A stretch of DNA of 62,996 nucleotides, filler included, from Neolecta irregularis DAH-3 (lineage: Eukaryota), in NCBI GenBank assembly GCA_001929475.1. It is 10 parts of 10 records of this genome, joined end to end, with 100 filler letters (N's around TTAATTAATTAA, not from the genome) between each part and the next. Parts side by side here need not be neighbours in the genome. Positions count along the whole stretch, not along the records: positions 11,404 to 24,690 come from LXFE01000495.1; 9 more parts are not named here. One strand, 5' to 3'. A model generated the notes under the pieces. That model ran no database searches, was not told the DNA's origin, and worked only from the letters and a program-made list of their open reading frames with translations. The position numbers and the translations under genes are program-made. Of the stretch, positions 13,289 through 24,790 are shown piece by piece. Each line of letters starts with the position of its first letter. Position 1 is the first letter of the stretch.

Positions 13289-14137
13289 ATGGCTTGTCAT
13301 ATGCTGTTTTGTAGATTTAAATCTCATTATCTCGTTTCAAGTCACTTTTTGCGTGGCCGTTTCATTTGAGCCCGTTGGTTGGTTGTATAACTGTAGATTG
13401 ATTGCCTTCTAAGTCTAATGGCCAGTTAAATACTCTTGCTATGTTATTCTTCAGTTCGTTTACAATTGACCAATTCAGCCCTCTCTCTGCACAAGAATGC
13501 ACCATCTAGTCGATTATTTTCATTGAAAAACTTGGCCAGATATCTGTTATCTTTGGAAACCAAATTTAAAGAGACAATGGTTGGTCTCTACATCACTGCA
13601 GAGATCATTTTGGTGTGGTAATGTGTTCGGGGCCGCTATAATACTTAGGGTTAGCTAGCCTAAGGCTCAGAGACGCAATAAAAGAAAGATTTTCTCTCGC
13701 ACATATATTCCATTCACCGTGCTACTTGAGAACGGTATGATCATCGGGTGCAAAGTACCAGCCAAACGGTACTGGTGGCGGAAGACAAGTAAGAATGCGG
13801 GAGATCGTACAGAGAGAGGAATTCCATCTTCCCTCTGATGCGTATTTAAGAGATATAAAAAGGGCTAATCCACGAAAACAATTACTAAATTTGTTCCTTT
13901 ATATTATTGTCTTTCCATATTCGATTTAACGCAATATATTTCGACCAACTAATTATATCTTCCTTTGCAGTTGACAATGTTCTTAAAATACATATAAAGG
14001 ACTAGAAGCTGATGCCGTATAAGCTAAGTATCTTTTAGCATAACTTTCCACAATAATCCAAAGATATTCGGTATACCGGTGTTTTAGAGTACCAATTTCC
14101 TATTTTTTAGTTTTGGAACTGTTGGACACCAGGAGGA

Positions 14138-14305
14138 TAGTTTCCAGTAGTCAGAAAGACTGAAATGAATGTTAAGAATGTTTGCCTCCCGTGAAAGGTT
14201 ATAGGTTGGGAGTTTTAGGGTTAGGGTTAGTTTCCAGTGGTCAGAAAGACTGAAATGAATGTTGAGAATGTTTGACCTCCCGAGAAAGGTTATAGGTTGG
14301 GAGTT
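14138..14305. repeat. About 77-bp tandem duplication separated by (TTAGGG)2+ telomere-like repeats
   Basis: 14138-14214 nearly matches 14228-14305; the spacer is TTAGGGTTAGGGT. Confidence 0.9.
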
Positions 14306-14536
14306 CGTGATATCGGCACAACTCGCGCAATTAGCCTGCCGCTTAAAATGATACCGCACTTTCGTTTGCATGGTAAATGGGGCGATCGTAAATAACCAAT
14401 CGTAAGTAAGATATTTAAAATGCCATATCAAAACCATGGTATTTTAGCTTGACACGGAACATGAGATGCCGAAACCATGCTTCCCAAGATAACCCTCCTA
14501 CTTAAGCTCTAATCCCTGAACCAATCTTCATCTTAT

Positions 14537-14830
14537 ATGCCTTCAAACTTTTCTGCCAGGGACCTTGAACTACTCAGGAGCAATGCTTCCCCTCCACCCG
14601 CTTATAAAAAACGGGAGACCGAACCTCCCAGTTTTGAGGACATCGGTTCTATGTCTTTGGATTCACCGCCAAAGGACAAGAAGCGAATTTGGGAGAAGAT
14701 ACGAGAATACGAAATTGGCCGTGGTTCGCCGCAAAAGGTGAAATTCATCCTGATAGCCGGGATTCCATTGCTGTTAGTTATCGCCTTCATAATCTTCACT
14801 ATTATTCTGGCAAAACACGTTTCGACATAG
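14537..14830 (+). CDS. Small tail-anchored-type membrane protein (97 aa), unknown function
   Basis: Intronless ATG ORF with a PPAY motif, a charged N-terminus and one C-terminal hydrophobic helix (FILIAGIPLLLVIAFIIFTIILA). Confidence 0.6.
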   Translation: MPSNFSARDLELLRSNASPPPAYKKRETEPPSFEDIGSMSLDSPPKDKKRIWEKIREYEIGRGSPQKVKFILIAGIPLLLVIAFIIFTIILAKHVST

Positions 14831-15911
14831 TAATGATCGAAGAACAGAGTATCAACCCAATTTTGCGAATGATGCACTGACGTGTTATAGTATTTGACAC
14901 AGGATGTACGATAGGTACTGGTAACCGAGGGTTATGTGAATATGGGTCGTTCATAGGCTATAAATATTCCCTTTCGAGATTCTCTATTACGAAAACTGTC
15001 GAGGATTAGAATGAAATCCGTTTTCGAGTTTTCCTTTTGACTGGTTAATATAACATAAAATGTCTGTAACTGTAATAAATGAGAGTGATCCAGTAGTATC
15101 ATTAGACTGAAGTACGAAAGTACTCGTTCATAAGACGATACTCTAGATTTGCAACATCTTGGCGATTTGGATCTGATCGAAGTGCGTTGTTTCAATATCT
15201 GTTGGAGTATGATGAATATGTACTTTTGAATAGAAGGAACCTGTTACAAGGCATTCGACGATGGAGGTCCATTATAAAGGAAACCTACCGGTATCGTTGG
15301 CAACAGCAAACCTGAAGTAAAGAGGATGGGACTGTCCACAATTGCAGTATGGTCTGTTGTCTGAGTTGTTCCAGTGACCATGATCCAAGTTGCTGATTTC
15401 ACAATAGAACGATAGGAAGCTGTAACTCGGACGAGAGCGGAGAGAAAAGATGACCAATAAGATAGACTTGGAGATGAGAAGAGATATTAGAGAAAAGTGG
15501 TCTGATTCAAAAAATACAGGTTATAATTCAAGTCATGCGCAACTTCTGCTTTGCTGATCTACACGATTACACCATACTTCCAGTTGTGTTCCGTTGACAC
15601 CGGTCTTCATTATCCACTTTATCAAAGAGCAGTGCTTTATCTCTCTCTCATATTATTTGAGTTCTTTCAGTAGAAAGGTCTTCGGCCTACAATTAGGCCG
15701 TCGCACATATTGATTTGGGGGGAAAGTGCGTGTGGCTTAGCAATCTGCCCAACAGCCCGTGGAGTGGATTGTCTGGAAGCTCTGAACTATCATATTGAGA
15801 AAACCTTGTACCCACGATATTCACAGCCCATATTCATTGCTCATAGCATTACCTACCCAGATGAGAAAACACTGTAAACTCCATTGCCTAAAACACGCCA
15901 ATCAAGCCTAC

Positions 15912-16277
15912 TCAATATGCCGGTCCATTCCTCCAGATAAAAACCCCAATCTCGAGTATTGCAAACACTATAACAAACGCGAGTAGCGGAGCTCCCCAAA
16001 GCAGAGGACTGACCGCAGCATTATGAGCGTACGAGACGATAGCGAGACACGCACACATCCCGAGCAGCACGAATGCCGACACCGAAAAGATGAGCACTGC
16101 CGTCGTGTTCCAAATACGGCAGCCATCTGAATTGAGGTGGAACGAGGGGAAGGAGGTCAGATACGGAGTCCACGATGAAGCGACAGGCGTCCAGGGCTCG
16201 GTTGCCACATACGGCGGCGGGACCGACAGGTATTGCGGGACAAACGAGGGCCTGTTGCTGGTTGCAGGGCTACCCAT
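15912..16277 (-). CDS. Small two-TM membrane protein (121 aa), unknown function
   Basis: ATG ORF with a Pro-rich N-terminus containing PPPY and two hydrophobic segments. Confidence 0.55.
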   Translation of the reverse strand: MGSPATSNRPSFVPQYLSVPPPYVATEPWTPVASSWTPYLTSFPSFHLNSDGCRIWNTTAVLIFSVSAFVLLGMCACLAIVSYAHNAAVSPLLWGAPLLAFVIVFAILEIGVFIWRNGPAY

Positions 16278-17235
16278 GCAGAAGGAGCAACAGGGACGAA
16301 AGCTGCTTGTATAAAAGACGGGTGGGGCTGATCAAGTGGCGTCATTAAGCTCATCGGGTATCAAATGGCACGGACGGACTACCCCTAGAACCACTTCATG
16401 GAAGATTCAAGAATTGTAAGCCAGAAAAACCCATTCATCATATATCAACGCCTCAGTCGTAATATTCGCGGGCAGGTTGTTGGAGATTTGCACTCAGCTT
16501 ACAAAATGCCTATGCCCTCAATGTCCAGATCTACTGCTTCTCAACACTACACAGGATAAGCGCAGAAGAGGCAATTCCATAGCAGGCAGCAAGACTTCTT
16601 TCCGCACTTGTGTCAAGAAATCCCGCTGAAATCGGTTAACATCTATTTACCGTCGATCGTACCGGAAAGCAACGTGGTCAAAGTCTCAACGAATAGTGAT
16701 ATCATCCCCAAGATGGCAAACGAATCCATCCAATATCCCGGACTCTAGCTGTGCCTTTTCACAAAGCCACTCGTAAGAGACTTTCTCAGGTGTGCCAGTG
16801 AAGAGCTGCCCTCATTGTCATTATTTCCAAGCATCAACGAAGAACATCTAGAGGACAAATGACACCATATTCTCATATGTGACGTGTAGGACATGGTTCC
16901 TTGTCAATTCCTTTTCCCACGTACTCTGGTCACAGTCGCCAATTCTCTGTTCGAATGTCACGTCCTTAATGATCCCAAGGTATTGCGCTACAAAGGGTTC
17001 GCACCTGACGCTTGATGATGCATACCACGAGTGTTAAGAGTGAAAAGAAAGTGCTTAGAACTAGCACACGCCGCAGGATGTGAATCAAATTATGGGCAAA
17101 AGGTTCATCCTATTTAGAACAGGGAAAAACTCTCTTTATGTAGCTAGTAAATTCAGTCCTGGTTCAAATGCCTAGCTGATTAATGCCGAGAATATCTTCC
17201 ATATACTATTTACCAGGTAGGCATTCAGTGTACAC

Positions 17236-19671
17236 TTAACAATTACTTATCACTTCATAGTCCTCCGATCTGACTCCTCCCCGTCGATCTCGCGTTACTA
17301 GATGATGATACTTCCAATCTTCGCGATACGGAACTCGATAACCAAGTTCGGGATCATTTCGGTAGCTCACCCAGGCACTTGCAACGCTCACTCGGAGACT
17401 AGGGACATGAATCTTGTGTATGACGGAGCCGTCGACCTTCAACTTGGTAGCTAAAATAATGACAAGAGTTCATACATGTTGAACACGCCATTGAAGATTT
17501 CTCCGCAGATAAGGCTCAACTTGTTCTGAGTCAAGATCAATGCCAGCCTCGATCAAAGCCCTTCTCAAAGGAATGGTCCCGCTTGTAACTAAGTTCCCAT
17601 TACGCTGTATTTCACAGTTCCCGCATCGACTTGTGCTTTTATTAGCAAAATTTGCATGCAATCCGACCATAGTTTCCGCAAAAGGCCAATTGCTTGGATC
17701 ATCGGGGACACTACCAAGGAATATGAAGACAGAAAAACTACCCTCAATTGCATATTTTAGTATTCGGACATTCACGATCCATTCTCGATAGCCATTGGAA
17801 TTGTGAGACAGCGTGCGAGTTTGGATCGAGTCGGAACTATCATCGTCATTAATCTTGTTGTCTGGAATTGTTAATTGAAGAATTTGCGAAGAAATATGAT
17901 GACTAGCGAGGTTTCTTTCGCCTCGGAAATTATAGCCTACGGGTACCCCAGGTAATTTGTCTGCTTCTCAAGAATGGCCTTTCAAAAATATACCTAAAAC
18001 ACGTGATTTACTTCTCCACTCAAAAGTGTTCTTCAACCCTTTTGAAGTTAGCAGTCGACTACATAGATACAACTTTGCCTTCAAAAGAGAATATAGATTT
18101 GCAACGGGAAGCAACAGGATTTTTCTTTCTTCTTAATGGCGGCATCTTTCCATTCCTTGCAGAACTACCTTGTTCTACAAAACCAGTCTTGGGGCTTCCG
18201 GTGGTAGTAACAATAGGTGATTTATCAAATGACAAGCCATAGAGGTCATTGACTCTGTCCCTCATGTATTTCTGGAGCGAAAGGGACGATTGGGTACCTG
18301 CGAGAACGAAATCAGGGTAAGTATATCCCAACTGCTTCCATTCTCGAGCTGTTTCACTAACCCAGAATTCATCTTCGTTTTTTCTAAATGGCAACAGAGG
18401 CGCATTATCTGATTCTTGAGTTTATCGAACAGAGATGAACAGAATGGATACCGCTAGTAATCCAGATCGTTGGATTGATAGCTTGCCACATACGGAACAA
18501 ACGATCAATCTGCGCATGTTGTATCCAAAAGATTGGATCGAAAGCTGCAAAGATCAAAAGGCTTCAAGAAGACAAGGGCTTCAAACCTGCAAAATCGGGA
18601 TATGCAAAGTGTCCGGCTTGTCCGATAGTGTTGTGAATTATATCATGAATCGATTCAAGACTGTCATGGCTACCTGGATGCGATTCTGTCCAACTGTGAT
18701 TAGACATGACTTCGAAGGAGTTAACATAAGTTAAAAGTGCATAAGTTCGGTCTCTTATGTTGTGTTGGATGGATTTCAAGGCCCTGACTTGTCAACCTAT
18801 CTTCTATCCTAAAAACATACGCAGCAACTCGGCCTGGCTGACTTTGAGCGTTCTCCGAACCATCACTTGGAGCTCGCAAAGTTTGTCTCCATTTGATCCA
18901 TTCAACTCCATCTTCTCCAAATTCTGCAGGTACGGACAAGAACCGAAACGAGAAAAGCGGATTGGTGATCATTGACCGGCCAGTCGGAGTCTCGACTTGA
19001 ACTGTTTTGTTACGGAGATAAATATCTGGTAGCGTGGTATCCAGCGCCCAGTCAAAAAAGGGGCATCGCATCCGCGAAGCTGCTTCGACCCATCGTGATC
19101 TAATGGTTGACGGAAACTCGCCAGCAATTCTTTGTGCTATTTTGCATATGACTTGCTTTGAATGTTACAGTTACCATCATATCTGGTAAATTACCTCATA
19201 AAGACAGACATATGGACAATGCCAAATAGGACTCCGGTCAGCATTGGGAAAAACTGATGCATCGTACAACAGAGGAGCTAGATGCCTTAGCAAAACTGTT
19301 AGAGGGTTTATATAGTACTCCCATGCTTGCAATACCCCTGGCTTTGAGTTTGATCGATGTCACTGATAGGAGCATTTTCCCAGGTCACGTAAGGTCTACC
19401 GTATAAACCTAACTAGATTTATGGAGTCTCTGACAAACATGAATACCTGAAATCTGGAACCAACTAGTCGTCTTGCTCTGATCGGTATTCTGAAGTTCTG
19501 CATTTGCAAGAAGAAATCTATTGTCAGCTATCAACAGCATTCGAAGGCATACAAATTCATGACATCTCCATCTTTGACAAAATCATGAATTTCTTGTCGG
19601 GCAGGTGGGAACCCTCTAGCAATACCCTTGACTGGAACCCCAGTAATGTAATTGTAGGCCGATGAAGTCAT
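17236..19671 (-). CDS. Tyrosinase-like type-3 copper protein, paralogue A (first CuA His replaced by Tyr)
   Basis: SWFQISG-LYGRPY, GYCKHG, WHCPY, PFFDWA, CuB ESIHDIIH...FDPIFWIQH, and a C-terminal shielding domain with RCGNCE. No signal peptide. Confidence 0.9.
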
Positions 19672-20030
19672 TATAGACAAGAAGATAGGTAGCTTTGAGG
19701 GCGAGAGGAGATGGTTATGTGTTTCATGGTCTCCCATGCTCTCAGACTAGAATAGCGTCTACCAACGGGTAGTTCTCGGTACAAGCCATATCTGAGGAAC
19801 AAAAGTAAGAGTATCCAAGCGTTGTGAATGGTTCAACTATCGGTCCGAGAAGATTCGCTATTACATAACGTGTTGCATTTTAGGGCAAATGAAAACCCTG
19901 ACTGGCTAGTGAGCGGCTGGGTTGTAATCATACCACCTCGAAGAAAGATTGGGATCCCCTTCTTCGGGGGACCACCCAACAGCACGCCAGAGCACTCTCC
20001 AGGCAGTTGGTTCAGATCTCTTGGGGTGGG

Positions 20031-20398
20031 TGTGGGGACTCAATCATGCCCCACGATCAGCCAGCACCGGCGCCCGGCATCGCAGGGCACCATGATTCCC
20101 CCAACGGTTCAAGACTCACTGACGTCGATGCCGATCAAAGCAGCCTGACTGTGGCAGGCAGTACCACCGAACCAAGTCAGGGCGATCACAAGCTTTGCCA
20201 TCCGAGAGGTAAGCAGGGAGACAAACAGAGATGAAGGAAGCGCAAGTGCCAGTTCTTCTATAAGTAGGGCCTGGCTTGATTAGCAAGCCAGGCCAAACCG
20301 GAGCAATAATATACGTAGTTGCATTTATTTCCTGAATCTCGATCGTATATTCCCAGCGAAGCCTCCTGACCGGCAAGTCCGAACACCCAACGCTCACA
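20031..20398 (+). mobile_element. Probable solo LTR (368 bp)
   Basis: TGTG...CACA termini. GGTGGG directly repeated on both flanks (20025-30, 20399-404). Internal TATAAGTA at 20259 followed by a perfect 11-bp hairpin (20268-20294). Confidence 0.65.
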
Positions 20399-20901
20399 GG
20401 TGGGCGGCCGGCTTAGAAATCTTCCCAACAGTCCGCCGGCGGGCGGATGGTTGGACACACTGATCCAGGACGACAAAAGGTCTACAGATCCAAATAAAAA
20501 ACAAAAAAGCCAGCTCTAGAGTGGTTCATTAGGTCGAACGCAAAAAAACCAGTATGGACAATTTGTTCCACGTTAGTTACAAGGGGATACTGCAGGACCC
20601 AAATATACTATTTCAGGTGCTGATGCTGATCTCCGATATCAATGGGCAGCATGTTTCGTTCGTAAATATTGGTTAATGAACTACAGAAAGAAAGATTCAA
20701 AAGAAGTTGTGTAGAAAGATTTTAGGATGTACCTCAGGACATTTCTTTGTCATCTCTGGTCGAGGCTCTAATTTCCTTGATTATGGGCTTCCCAAAGTGA
20801 ACAAAAACACGTATCGATATCTATGACATGTATATAACTTTTCAAACTGATCTGAATGAAGAAACTCTCAGTGACTAACTAGGCCCATTTACTTGAAGCC
20901 G

Positions 20902-23286
20902 TTAATGAGCATCCATCCCACCTCGTCGACCTCGAGTAACAGATCTGTGTGTAATCCAGTCACTTCGTCGCGGAATAGGAGGACCAAGATTATCGCCTTG
21001 CTCGAAGCTTATCCAAGCACTTGAAACGCTAACGGTGAGACTTGTGACATCATTCTTTTCCACAACGGTTCCGTCGACCTTTCATTTACAATCTTGGTCA
21101 ATTATAGAGTGTGTACCTTCTGAACACGCCAATGAAGATTGGCTCGAAGATATGGTTCAACCTGGCTCTGATCGAGACCAATATGAGCCTCAATCAATGC
21201 ACCAGTTAAGGGGATAGTCCCACTCGTAATAATATTTGCATCACGTTGTCTTTCGCAGTTACCACAACGACTGCTCGGCGGATTAGCGAAAACGGAGTGC
21301 AATCCGACCATGGTTTTCGTGGTAGCCCAATTATCTGAATCTTCTGGAACAGGACCGAGGAATATGTAGATAAAGAAACTCCCATGGACCGCATATTTGA
21401 GGATGCGAAGATTGACGAGCCATTCTCGATAGCCGTTTGAATCATGGGGAATGGAATGGCTTTGCATTATGTCGAATTTATCTTCAGTACGGTCATCCCA
21501 TGAAACTCGTCAGCGAGATATATTGGAAAACATACCTTGGTCGCCCAAATTTTTCCCTGTTTGCAGATGAGGGCCTTCACTGGTCTTTCCTGAAGTGACT
21601 ACAGATTCAATTTAATGATCCTGTTTAAAGAAAGACCTGAAGGAAGGGAAACAGTGCTCTTCTTTTCAAAGACGGAGGTTTTCAGTGGATGCGACTTTGG
21701 TTCGGTTTCGCTGGGCTTGACTTTGCCACTCAACACTTGGGCATCCCTTGCTTTTACCAAATCACTTTGTTGAACGAAAACATCTTTCCCAATGTTAGGC
21801 GTAGCTGCAACCGGGATATTTTTAAACATCTGGGGACTATATAACTCACTGACTCTTCCGAGCATGAATTGCTGAAGAGAGGACGGAGATTGCTTACCCG
21901 CGAGAACAAAATCAGGGTATGTATATCCAAGTTGATTCCAATCTCGACAAGCATTACTATTCCAATACTTCAAATCGTCAATATGGAAGGGATACAGATC
22001 TGAATCGGCATGTACTAGACTTCCCATAGCAGACATGAAGGTTCCGAAGGGGGACGGTCCTGGTGTAACCCAGACGTCTGGGTTGATAGTTTGCCAGATA
22101 GCGGTGAGACGATCGACTTGAACGTGAAGAAGCCAGAATATGGAATCAAAGGCTTAATGATTAGAAACCGCAAGAAAGATTAATCACAACCTGCGAAGTC
22201 TGGGGAAGCCATATGTCCTTCGCCACCGACTACTACGTGAAGTGTGTCGTGAATGGATTCAACACTGTCGTAGGCATGAGGATGTTCCTCCGTGAAGGTA
22301 TGATTTGAAAAGACCTCCCATGATTTAACATGTGTTAAAAGGGCATAAGTTCGATCTCGGATGTGCTGTCGGATATTATTTAAAGATCTAGCAAGTCGGT
22401 AAGACTTCCATGCGTGAATGAGAATACGCAGAAACTCGACGGGGCTGACTAGTAGCATTTGCTCTAGTGTTGTTTGGGTATCGCAAGGTTCGTGGCCAAA
22501 TAGCCCATTGAGGCCCGTTTTCTCCAAAATCCTTTCCAACAGGGTTGAACTTGAAGGAGTATAATGGATTAGGAATCGTTTGTTGGCCGGTCGGGGTAGT
22601 AACTATGACCGTTTCATCGCGAAGGAATATATCTGGCAATGTGATGTCTAATGCGAAATCCCAATACGGTACCCGCAAGAGGCTTGCTGCTTCAAGCCAT
22701 CGCGAACGACTCTTTTGAGGGAACTCACCAGCGATCTTTTGAGCAGCTAGGTATACAGATTGCTTCAAAACTCAGAAGTTCTGCTCATGTTAAGAAAATA
22801 CCTCATATAAGCTGACAAATGGACGATGCCAAGAGGCGCTAGAATCAATATGTAGAAATGAAGGAAATCATCGCACAAAATGGTGACTAAAAATGTTAGC
22901 AATGATGTCAAGCTGAAACTGTCAAATCTTACCTCCATGTTGGCAATAACCTTCAAACCGAGATGGGTCGGAACTGTTGGTAGTGACGCCATCCCAGGCT
23001 ACGTAAGGCCTGCCATGGATGCCTGAGCCAGTCAGTGAGCCTCTAGCAAGGAGAGAACCTGCAATCTGGAACCAACTTGTGACAGAATCTTCAGCAGCTT
23101 TCTGCAATTCTGCATTTGCGAGAATAAACCTATACTGAGCCTATAATTTCCATTTGCAATGGTATACAGGTTTAAGACATCTGCATCCTTGACAAATTCC
23201 CGAATTTCCTTTCGAGGGGGGGGTAATGCTCCGGCAGGAATCACGACAGGTACTCCGGTTACATGATAGTGAGATTTAGAAGTCAT
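20902..23286 (-). CDS. Tyrosinase, paralogue B (all six Cu-binding His present)
   Basis: SWFQIAGIHGRPY, GYCQHG, SWHRPF, PYWDFA, ESIHDTLH...FDSIFWLLH, C-terminal domain with RCGNCE. The introns checked in the CuA and CuB regions lie at the same positions as in paralogue A. Confidence 0.93.
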
Positions 23287-23397
23287 CAGTTGACAAACTA
23301 GGAGGGATTTTCTGAGGGCCCAGATGAGCCATTTTATAGATTTCTACTAGTTATCAAGATTTCTTTATGTGGTAGAGATTTCCGGTAATGCAGGGAA

Positions 23398-23795
23398 CGG
23401 TGTTACGACAGTAGCTCGTGGAAATAAAGAGGGGTATAATGTAAGCTATGCGCTTAGAAGTATGATAAGATCAAATGTTATAACTAGCCAAAGTAGACGT
23501 ACTTCTTACAAAGGAGCATACTTACCCTAAGTATTCGTACTTGGCTAGGAATATCCTTCCGTCTTTGTGTACTTCCAGTCAAGCCACCTTGCCGTATTAG
23601 TAAGATATACCCTTTGGGTATATCCTTACATATAATATCTGGATGGACAAAATGAATCATGAAGCAGGATATCGATGTCACAGGGCTTCCGCCTTCCCAT
23701 TGAGATCTTGAAGAATAGTCTTTATTTCATACGACTTGCGAACTTCCCTGCTTGATATTAGGGTAAACTTGTCCTGGCTAGCCTGTCCAACACTG
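23398..23795. mobile_element. Degenerate non-autonomous DNA transposon with CAGTGTT-type ends
   Basis: Left end CGGTGTTACGACAGTAGC resembles the reverse complement of the right end, CAGTGTTGGACAGGCTAGC. An internal 37-mer recurs at 56528. Confidence 0.45.
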
Positions 23796-23803
23796 GTCCT
23801 GGT

Positions 23804-24216
23804 CAGAGTTGCTAATAAGTCATCCAAGTCAGACTTGCTTGCTTACTTGTTTATAAGCAAGTAAGCAAGTAAGCAAGTAAGCAAGTAAGCAAGTAAGCAA
23901 GTAAGCAAGTAAGCAAGTAAGCAAGTAAGTCTGGAAGACAAAAAGTAGCAAGTAAGCAAGTACAATAACGTAGATTTGCTTGATTGGACTTGATAGACTT
24001 GACAGTTCAAGACTTTTAATGAGACAATAATATTTTCGTAATATATCTACCAAAATCTGTCTGCGTTATCCCAGGAGATATTATTACATTAAAATGTCAA
24101 TTCCAATCGTCAATCAATATGGATTCCGGCGATCTTACCACAGCGAATATTAATTTTTCAAGACCAGACAGCTTCCGTATCACTCAGCGAGATTGATATA
24201 TCAATATCAACTCCTG
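23804..24216. mobile_element. hAT-like MITE carrying a (GCAAGTAA)n microsatellite
   Basis: Ends CAGAGTTG and CAACTCCTG. Flanks GTCCTGGT and GTCCTGAA match at 6 of 8 bp (target-site duplication). A related left end lies at 57581-57624. Confidence 0.6.
23855..23929. repeat. (GCAAGTAA)n 8-mer microsatellite, about 9 units
   Basis: Directly visible tandem array. Confidence 0.95.
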
Positions 24217-24289
24217 GTCCTGAACTTAATAATGATGATGACAACTATGATAGCATTGATTGGAACCAACTACCAGATTACCAAAGGCC

Positions 24290-24690
24290 CTATAAAGTAA
24301 CAGGTGAGAGGGCAGAGACGATAACGGATCAGGAGGGGAGCAGTAACAGGCGAGAAGAGCAGGCGATAACAGGCGAGAAGAGCAGGCGATAACAGGCGAG
24401 AGGGCGGGTGGTAAAGAGCGATTAGGGCGGGCAGTAACGGGCGAGGAGGGAAGGCGATAATGGGCGAGGAGGGCGGGGCAGTAATGGGCGGAGGAGTGAG
24501 AGGAAGCGAGTAGGGCAGTAAGAGGAAGCAAACAGAGCCTTTTCCATGTCATTTTGATAACGCGATAAATCCCTACAATCTAATATCACGTGATACCGCC
24601 CATTGGCCCATAGACCATAGGCCGGGCTTTTTCCATAGTCCAGTCCATGAACTTTTAATGGACTGGATTAAGTCCATGGTCCATCCACAA
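24290..24690. mobile_element. Dispersed GA-rich repeat element, truncated by the contig end
   Basis: GGCGAGAAGAGCAGGCGATAACA subrepeats, AATATCACGTGA (also at 59205), CCATGG-rich end finishing in CCATCCACAA, which is the reverse complement of the start of the 38784 element. Confidence 0.65.
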
Positions 24691-24790
24691 NNNNNNNNNN
24701 NNNNNNNNNNNNNNNNNNNNNNNNNNNNNNNNNNTTAATTAATTAANNNNNNNNNNNNNNNNNNNNNNNNNNNNNNNNNNNNNNNNNNNN

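Noticed and set aside
13645..13654. TTAGGGTTAG (minus strand CTAACCCTAA) as a telomerase RNA template
   Set aside because: Only about 350 nt remain before RPL13. No pseudoknot, Sm site or terminal intron was seen, and the motif is part of a CTTAGG/CCTAAG hairpin.
23855..23929. CRISPR-like array
   Set aside because: Uninterrupted microsatellite with no spacers, in a eukaryotic genome.
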